IMG/VR virus record: IMGVR_UViG_3300010354_000364
Span: 1 to 30,775 of that record
Reading direction: 5' to 3' (one strand)
Source of the DNA: a virus
Taxonomy: Duplodnaviria > Caudoviricetes
DNA: 30,775 bases
Positions 25,800 to 30,775 of the stretch are shown here, piece by piece. The position numbers and the translations under genes were made by a program. Numbering within the stretch: the stretch's first letter is position 1; each line of letters starts with the position of its first letter. The notes under the pieces were generated by a model. It was not told the DNA's origin and did not search any database. It saw nothing but the letters and a program-made list of their open reading frames with translations.

Positions 25800-27419
25800 C
25801 TAAAAACCAAAAATCATTGCCATTGCAATGCTCTTGCCTGTTGAAACGCCTGTTGGTGCAGCAGATGTCCATGTTGTGCCGTTTGATGTAAGCACATTAC
25901 CAGACGATCCGGGCGCTACCACCTGTAAGGCAGATGTTCCATTCCCAAGAAGGACATTGTTTGCTGTCAGGGTTGTTGATCCTGTGCCACCATTGGCTAC
26001 TGGCAAAGTGCCGTCAACATGCGTAGTTAGCCCTACTTTCCCCCAAGATGGCGCAGTACCAACGCCGCCAGAAATAAGAGCGTTTCCAGTTGCAACATCG
26101 GATAATTTAGAAAACGCCGAGGATGATGATGCATACAGAATATCGCCTGTTGTATACGAGCTATATCCAGTACCACCATAAGTGGCATTTACAATTGCCG
26201 CGTTCCATGTCCCAGCGGTCAGTGTCCCAACCTCAGTAATACCTGTATAAGACCCGGTTAGCCGTGCAGACGGTAATGTGCCGGAGGTGATATTGGATGC
26301 GTTTGTGGTGTCTGTTGTAGCAGACGGAGCCAACCCAGATACTGCCCCTGCGGTAATAGAGATAGCCGTATTGGTTACGCTGGACACCTGACCGCTTGCG
26401 TTAGTCGTGAAGACAGGAACCTGAGAGGCTGATCCGTAGGTGCTTGCCGTGCCTACCGGGGTAATACTAAATTGGTTACTTGTTAGGGTTAAACCTGTAC
26501 CAGCAGAATAAACCGGTGTGGCACTTACCTGTACAAATGTGATTGCGGTCGTGCCAAAAGTAATGGTTCCAGTGTTATTACAGACATACGTTTCACCGGC
26601 TCCGGTATCACCAGAAGTGACAAAGAACGCATCTCCGCCCCCTAGCGCAGTTGGACTAATAGGATTGTAGGTGTCTGCATCCGTGGCCCGTGTCAGAACC
26701 CAAGCAACAGAACCACTACCCACCGTGGTAACTGTGTAAACGCCGTTCTGCGCTGCATTGGTCTGGTTGTAAATCAAAATCCTGTCATTGACGCTGGCGA
26801 CTATCCCATCAGGTGTAAACGCTGCCAGAGTTCCTGCATTTGTCAGAGTTGCTCCAACCCCAGAAGAACCATTGTTGTAGGTTGCGTTTAAATTGCCGGT
26901 TGTGTCTGGAACCTCGTACTTGACAGGCGTGTGATAATGAACGGATTGAACAGCAATGCTATCAACATATGCTTTATTGGCAAGGTCGTTATCACCAGTT
27001 GGGGTTGTGGAAACCGTTCCAGCGGTAATGTTGGCTGTGGATATATTTGCTGTGCCAATTCCTGCCGTGCCAATATCGAGGAGCGTAACGGCTGAACCTG
27101 CGGTATCGAGATAAACAGCCCGTTCTGCCGGATAAGTTACAAAAGCATCCTTACTGCCAGCAGAAAAATTAACAAGGCTTCCCGCATTACTGGATTCTAA
27201 AACTGTATCTCTACTTAGCGTTGGGCCAGAAGAACTGTAAGTTCCAACGCCAACTTCCCAATCGCCAGTTTGTTGGTCATATAACGTGTAATAAGTAACA
27301 TTACTGTTTCCAATAACAGAAAAAGATTGATACCCAAGGGATGCCCCACCAAGCGTAATTGTTCCTGTGCCTGTGGTGGTGAATACTTCTTTAACTCTAT
27401 CTTTTACAACAAGTGACAT
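25800..27419 (-). CDS. Tail fibre protein
   Basis: 539 aa; N-terminal VKDRVKE...WEVGVGTY, central DRILIYNQTNAAQNGVY...WVLTRATDAD, shaft repeats (GTLPVANGGTG), hydrophobic terminus GKSIAMAMIFGF. Confidence 0.8.
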   Translation of the reverse strand: MSLVVKDRVKEVFTTTGTGTITLGGASLGYQSFSVIGNSNVTYYTLYDQQTGDWEVGVGTYSSSGPTLSRDTVLESSNAGSLVNFSAGSKDAFVTYPAERAVYLDTAGSAVTLLDIGTAGIGTANISTANITAGTVSTTPTGDNDLANKAYVDSIAVQSVHYHTPVKYEVPDTTGNLNATYNNGSSGVGATLTNAGTLAAFTPDGIVASVNDRILIYNQTNAAQNGVYTVTTVGSGSVAWVLTRATDADTYNPISPTALGGGDAFFVTSGDTGAGETYVCNNTGTITFGTTAITFVQVSATPVYSAGTGLTLTSNQFSITPVGTASTYGSASQVPVFTTNASGQVSSVTNTAISITAGAVSGLAPSATTDTTNASNITSGTLPSARLTGSYTGITEVGTLTAGTWNAAIVNATYGGTGYSSYTTGDILYASSSSAFSKLSDVATGNALISGGVGTAPSWGKVGLTTHVDGTLPVANGGTGSTTLTANNVLLGNGTSALQVVAPGSSGNVLTSNGTTWTSAAPTGVSTGKSIAMAMIFGF

Positions 27420-27426
27420 GGCGTCC

Positions 27427-28005
27427 TCACGTTTGGGTTTTAACTACCGTCCATGTAGTAGTCTGTGTGTCGTCTATTACTGCCCAATTTGCATTCTGAG
27501 AATCGTTTATCAACTCCCAAAGCAGTCTGGAAACTACTGCATCTACCCCTATTGCGCCGTCTGACATGGTAGCAAAAAACACACCCAATGCCAAGACAGA
27601 GTCCGCTGCATTTACAACTTCACTTACAGGCGCATTAAATATTGACGGGGCTACAAATGTCGAATCTGTACCAACAGCGGCGTCAGAAATACTGACAAGA
27701 ACGCTTGCAATACTGGAAGCTGTGTCTGATATTGCCGATTGATCTAAGAAAGCAGCATTAAGTGTGCCAATTGCACTATTTTGATCGGACGCTGTACTTG
27801 AGTCTGGCACAACGGCATTAAACACAGATGCTATTACCTGTGTCTGATCTGCGCCAACGACTGTGTCTGTGCTTAAAACACTAAAACCAACCAATAAAAA
27901 ACTAAAGGCTTCAATAGACGCTGCGTCTGTTATGGCAGAATCAAATACAGCCCCGCCTTCAACGGAAGAAAATGGTGCTGCTGCAAATGGGCTTATCCCA
28001 AACAC
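27427..28005 (-). CDS. Acidic 20-aa-repeat virion protein
   Basis: 192 aa, GTG start, MFGISPFAAAPFS head, seven 20-21-aa repeats, Trp-periodic tail. Confidence 0.7.
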   Translation of the reverse strand: MFGISPFAAAPFSSVEGGAVFDSAITDAASIEAFSFLLVGFSVLSTDTVVGADQTQVIASVFNAVVPDSSTASDQNSAIGTLNAAFLDQSAISDTASSIASVLVSISDAAVGTDSTFVAPSIFNAPVSEVVNAADSVLALGVFFATMSDGAIGVDAVVSRLLWELINDSQNANWAVIDDTQTTTWTVVKTQT

Positions 28006-28016
28006 AACAAGTAACC

Positions 28017-28595
28017 TTAAGCAGCATCAAGGCTAAAGGAGTAAGTTACGTTTAGCGTGTCACCGGATACAACCACCCTGTCACCGGGAGATTGAAAATC
28101 GGCTTCCGAAAACAAAACTCCTGAAGTGCCACTATCAACGGTACAAACAAACGCACCAGCCACTGTTCCACCTGCCCCGGTAATCGAAAACTGAGAAGGG
28201 GAAGCTGTAGTTGTGATTACTGATGGGGTGGCGTTTGTAGCTGAACCATAGGTCATTGCTTTGCGTGAACCAGAATAGTTAGTAAATTCAGTCCAACCAG
28301 CGTGAGATGCAAGCGTATCTGAAGCGGCATATGTCGATGCAGAACTTGGCCCCGTAACCAAACCAATATAAAAAGCTGCCGTATAAGAACTGCCTTTAAA
28401 ATAGTTTGTGTTCATGTCTTGCAAACCTTCGCTTACAACAAGGTTATGCATTTGCTCTTGCCATTTAAGATTGCCGTCTTTGTCAAAGCACTCAACGTGG
28501 AATACACCACCCGCTTTAGTGTTTTCAGAAAAACCGGTTTTGGCAATCAATCCAGCCGAAACATTGTCGGTTGATGTTGCTTTACTGTTAAGCAT
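28017..28595 (-). CDS. Virion structural protein (fibre subunit-like beta protein)
   Basis: 192 aa, HNLVVSEG...FYIGLV...WTEF...GAFV...GVLFS...VVSGDTLNVTYSF; RBS TAAGGAG. Confidence 0.6.
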   Translation of the reverse strand: MLNSKATSTDNVSAGLIAKTGFSENTKAGGVFHVECFDKDGNLKWQEQMHNLVVSEGLQDMNTNYFKGSSYTAAFYIGLVTGPSSASTYAASDTLASHAGWTEFTNYSGSRKAMTYGSATNATPSVITTTASPSQFSITGAGGTVAGAFVCTVDSGTSGVLFSEADFQSPGDRVVVSGDTLNVTYSFSLDAA

Positions 28596-28604
28596 GATTA
28601 CTCC

Positions 28605-29021
28605 TTAAGTAAGACGAATAAGTGCGTTATCAAAATTATCAGGTGGTAATATTACCTGAAACTGTTGACTCAACATAGTCTGATCAATTCCAAAATTTAA
28701 TACTGCAACAGATTTATTACTTTTGGAAGAGTTATAAATCAATGCTCCACGGGTAGTAAACGTAGACGCATTCCAAACAGGGTTGTCAAATGACACATAT
28801 GCAATTCCATTGTCTAAATTTACTGTTACATTTAGTAAAATTTGACCCCCAGCTGTATAGCCTACCCCAGATACCTCATTGGTAACTGTGTATTCTGTAG
28901 TATAGGGGGAAATGTCGGAATTAGACGTATACAGCGCCATTTTCATGACATCTGTACTAAAGTCATGAACCCCCAATAAAAGTTGTTCTTTAAAACTATT
29001 TGTCAATCCTGCCGTAATCAT
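28605..29021 (-). CDS. Virion structural protein (fibre subunit-like beta protein)
   Basis: 138 aa, SFKEQLLLGVHDF...KMALYT...NEVSGVGYTAGG...RGALIYN...VAVLNFG; RBS GAGGT. Confidence 0.6.
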   Translation of the reverse strand: MITAGLTNSFKEQLLLGVHDFSTDVMKMALYTSNSDISPYTTEYTVTNEVSGVGYTAGGQILLNVTVNLDNGIAYVSFDNPVWNASTFTTRGALIYNSSKSNKSVAVLNFGIDQTMLSQQFQVILPPDNFDNALIRLT

Positions 29022-29024
29022 TTG

Positions 29025-29870
29025 TTACCTCACAGGAATTTTGACTTGACCATCTTGATAAGCATCTCCACGCTGCTTACCATCACCCAAATATTTCAAC
29101 AACCCAAGTGCCTCTTTAAACTTTGTATCATACAAAGCCATCAAATCTTGTTCTCCTTTCATCCAGGTGTAAGCTTCTACTAAAGAACCGTACAACAAAA
29201 CAGAATCAAAATTATCACCAAGCCACGTTGTACCGGCAGTAACAATAGACTCAGGATAATAATAAAAATGTAGTTCGGCGCTATATGCCATATCAGGGGT
29301 AGGCCCCATAATAAAAGTCAATTCATTAATGTTTTCGCTATTTGGTCCAAATATTGCATAATATTTTGGAGTTGATCGGTATGAAGGGTTTGGATAAACC
29401 TGCCTAATATAATTAACATCCCTATTCAACAAATATGTATAGTCACCTTGAAAAGTGATTGTTCCAGATACCGTACCAGTATTAGCAACACTTAAAGTAA
29501 TCGTTGTGCCATCTATGCTTTCTATAGACGCATCTACTGATATTCCCGTTCCAGACACGTACATTCCCACAATTAATTCGGAAGAATCCGCCACTTCAAT
29601 ATCAAATTCCCCAAATACCCCAGTGGCTGTTGTGCTTGGATTTGGATAAATAGCTAATGAGTATGCAGACAAAAAATCAGCAGGACATGTCAGATATTTA
29701 TTTCCAGCAGAAATAACGCCTTTCATATTTTTGCGTAGATTGGCAATTTGAACGGTGTTATAGATTCTTTGTTCTGCTTGTTGAACAAACGTAGGAATTT
29801 CAGCAACAAACTCGTCGCTGGTGTTATTTGTATAAGCCTGAAGGGCATCACTTAATTCGGTGTAATTCAT
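29025..29870 (-). CDS. Head-tail adaptor/tail ring protein with inserted beta domain
   Basis: 281 aa, helical N-terminus (YTELSDALQAY...FVQQAEQRI), PKYY...GPTPD..Y core, helical C-terminus LLYGSLVEAY. Confidence 0.65.
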   Translation of the reverse strand: MNYTELSDALQAYTNNTSDEFVAEIPTFVQQAEQRIYNTVQIANLRKNMKGVISAGNKYLTCPADFLSAYSLAIYPNPSTTATGVFGEFDIEVADSSELIVGMYVSGTGISVDASIESIDGTTITLSVANTGTVSGTITFQGDYTYLLNRDVNYIRQVYPNPSYRSTPKYYAIFGPNSENINELTFIMGPTPDMAYSAELHFYYYPESIVTAGTTWLGDNFDSVLLYGSLVEAYTWMKGEQDLMALYDTKFKEALGLLKYLGDGKQRGDAYQDGQVKIPVR

Positions 29871-30202
29871 GTGATCTCCGTTGTCACCGTTCCAAGTGAA
29901 GTTCCTGCAACAAGCGGTTTTGCTTGGGGCATTGGCATCATCCCAATACTGGCAAATGATGTGTCTGCCGTAAACCCAACATATATTGTTACCCCCATTC
30001 TAGCCTCTGGTCGTGGCTGATACAAGGCTTGTGGCTCATTAATGTTACGTTTTGGCTCAAGCTGGGGATGCTTGGGCTCATAGCATTCTGAGCAAACCTT
30101 AAACCCTTTCCAGTCTTTAATAAGTTGGTTGAGCTTGTACCGTTGCCCGCACTGATCGCACAAAGCAATTGCAAATTTGCCTGATGCGTATCCTGCGGTC
30201 AT
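29867..30202 (-). CDS. Small Cys-rich (putative zinc-ribbon) protein
   Basis: CDQCG...VCSECYEPKHPQ gives two CxxC pairs; ATGA overlaps on both sides. Confidence 0.7.
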   Translation of the reverse strand: MTAGYASGKFAIALCDQCGQRYKLNQLIKDWKGFKVCSECYEPKHPQLEPKRNINEPQALYQPRPEARMGVTIYVGFTADTSFASIGMMPMPQAKPLVAGTSLGTVTTEIT

Positions 30203-30775
30203 GCTGGTTCTCTAAATGTTGGAACTGCGAAGTAACTAGACCGTTCCCGATCTTCTGCAGCAGCACGCGCAAATTCTTCTTCGTAAAATGCTTTTAGCAC
30301 TTGAATCCTGTCCGGTGCTTTTTTAATTGCCAAATAATAAGCCAGCCCAGCAATCAAAGCAGGTAAAAACCTAAACGAAATATCTGCCGTATTGGTAAAT
30401 GCACCTGTTTCTTGAATTCTGCGAATGGCGTAGTACCTAAAGATGTACGACTGAGTCGCATCTGGGGCCGGGTACAAAAACAACTTTGTGGGAACAGTTC
30501 TTTGTACAAAGTACTGAGCAGGCCTGGAAGGCGTATATTTGTTGGGAACATGCAGATACTCTGCACTTCCAATACGATCAATGGTGATGTCCTGTTGATT
30601 GGACGTGCCCGCGTTTGTGCGAATAACGGCAGACAATGCATCGACCGTATCGGCGGGTAGCTCATATTCATGAACATTTGCCACCAGTTCCACTTGCCGC
30701 TGTTCTATTGTCCACAGATTAAGGCCTCTATTGGCCCATTCTGCAAACATTAAGTTCAACGAACGCTGAGCAGTC
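30199..30775 (-). CDS. Head-tail adaptor/tail tubular-A-like protein (5'-truncated by the window)
   Basis: The frame stays open to the window edge (TAQRSLNLMFAEWANRGLNLW); RPAQYF...LFLYPAPD core and helical ALIAGLAYYLA C-terminus. Confidence 0.65.
   Translation of the reverse strand, partial: TAQRSLNLMFAEWANRGLNLWTIEQRQVELVANVHEYELPADTVDALSAVIRTNAGTSNQQDITIDRIGSAEYLHVPNKYTPSRPAQYFVQRTVPTKLFLYPAPDATQSYIFRYYAIRRIQETGAFTNTADISFRFLPALIAGLAYYLAIKKAPDRIQVLKAFYEEEFARAAAEDRERSSYFAVPTFREPA

Noticed and set aside
1-30775. tRNA genes, introns/inteins, integrase/att sites, alternative genetic code
   Set aside because: Intergenic gaps are under 90 nt with no cloverleaf seen, genes are uninterrupted and densely packed under the standard code, and TAA, TAG and TGA all serve as stops.

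Overview
A 30.8-kb segment of a tailed dsDNA bacteriophage genome, most consistent with a short-tailed (podovirus-type) phage. There is no tape measure, sheath or tube gene, but there is a P22-gp10-like tail hub, two head-tail adaptor-like genes and four large low-complexity ejection-type proteins. Left end (1-4527): a divergently transcribed replication module. Leftward are a 109-aa protein, a 185-aa protein, an SSB-like protein and an AEP-family primase that runs off the window and is absent from the ORF track; rightward are a SNF2-type helicase and a PD-(D/E)xK exonuclease. The rest (4531-30775) is one minus-strand morphogenesis region: adaptors, small fibre-subunit-like proteins, a 20-aa-repeat protein, two tail fibres, four polyglycine-rich adhesin-like genes, a lysis cassette, the tail hub, the ejection proteins and a terminal Dps/ferritin-like gene. 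I saw no capsid, portal, terminase, integrase, tRNA or CRISPR array. The most interesting unexplained signals are three. (1) A double-hairpin RNA at the 3' end of the late transcript has a loop (UCCUUUCU) exactly complementary to the AGAAAGGA ribosome-binding site shared by three replication-module genes, making it a candidate late-to-early anti-Shine-Dalgarno silencing RNA. (2) There is a modular multi-adhesin fibre system with short putative docking peptides and a possible ruler protein. (3) Peptide signals and domains are repeated across the ejection proteins. All functional calls come from motifs recognised by eye; no database search was run.
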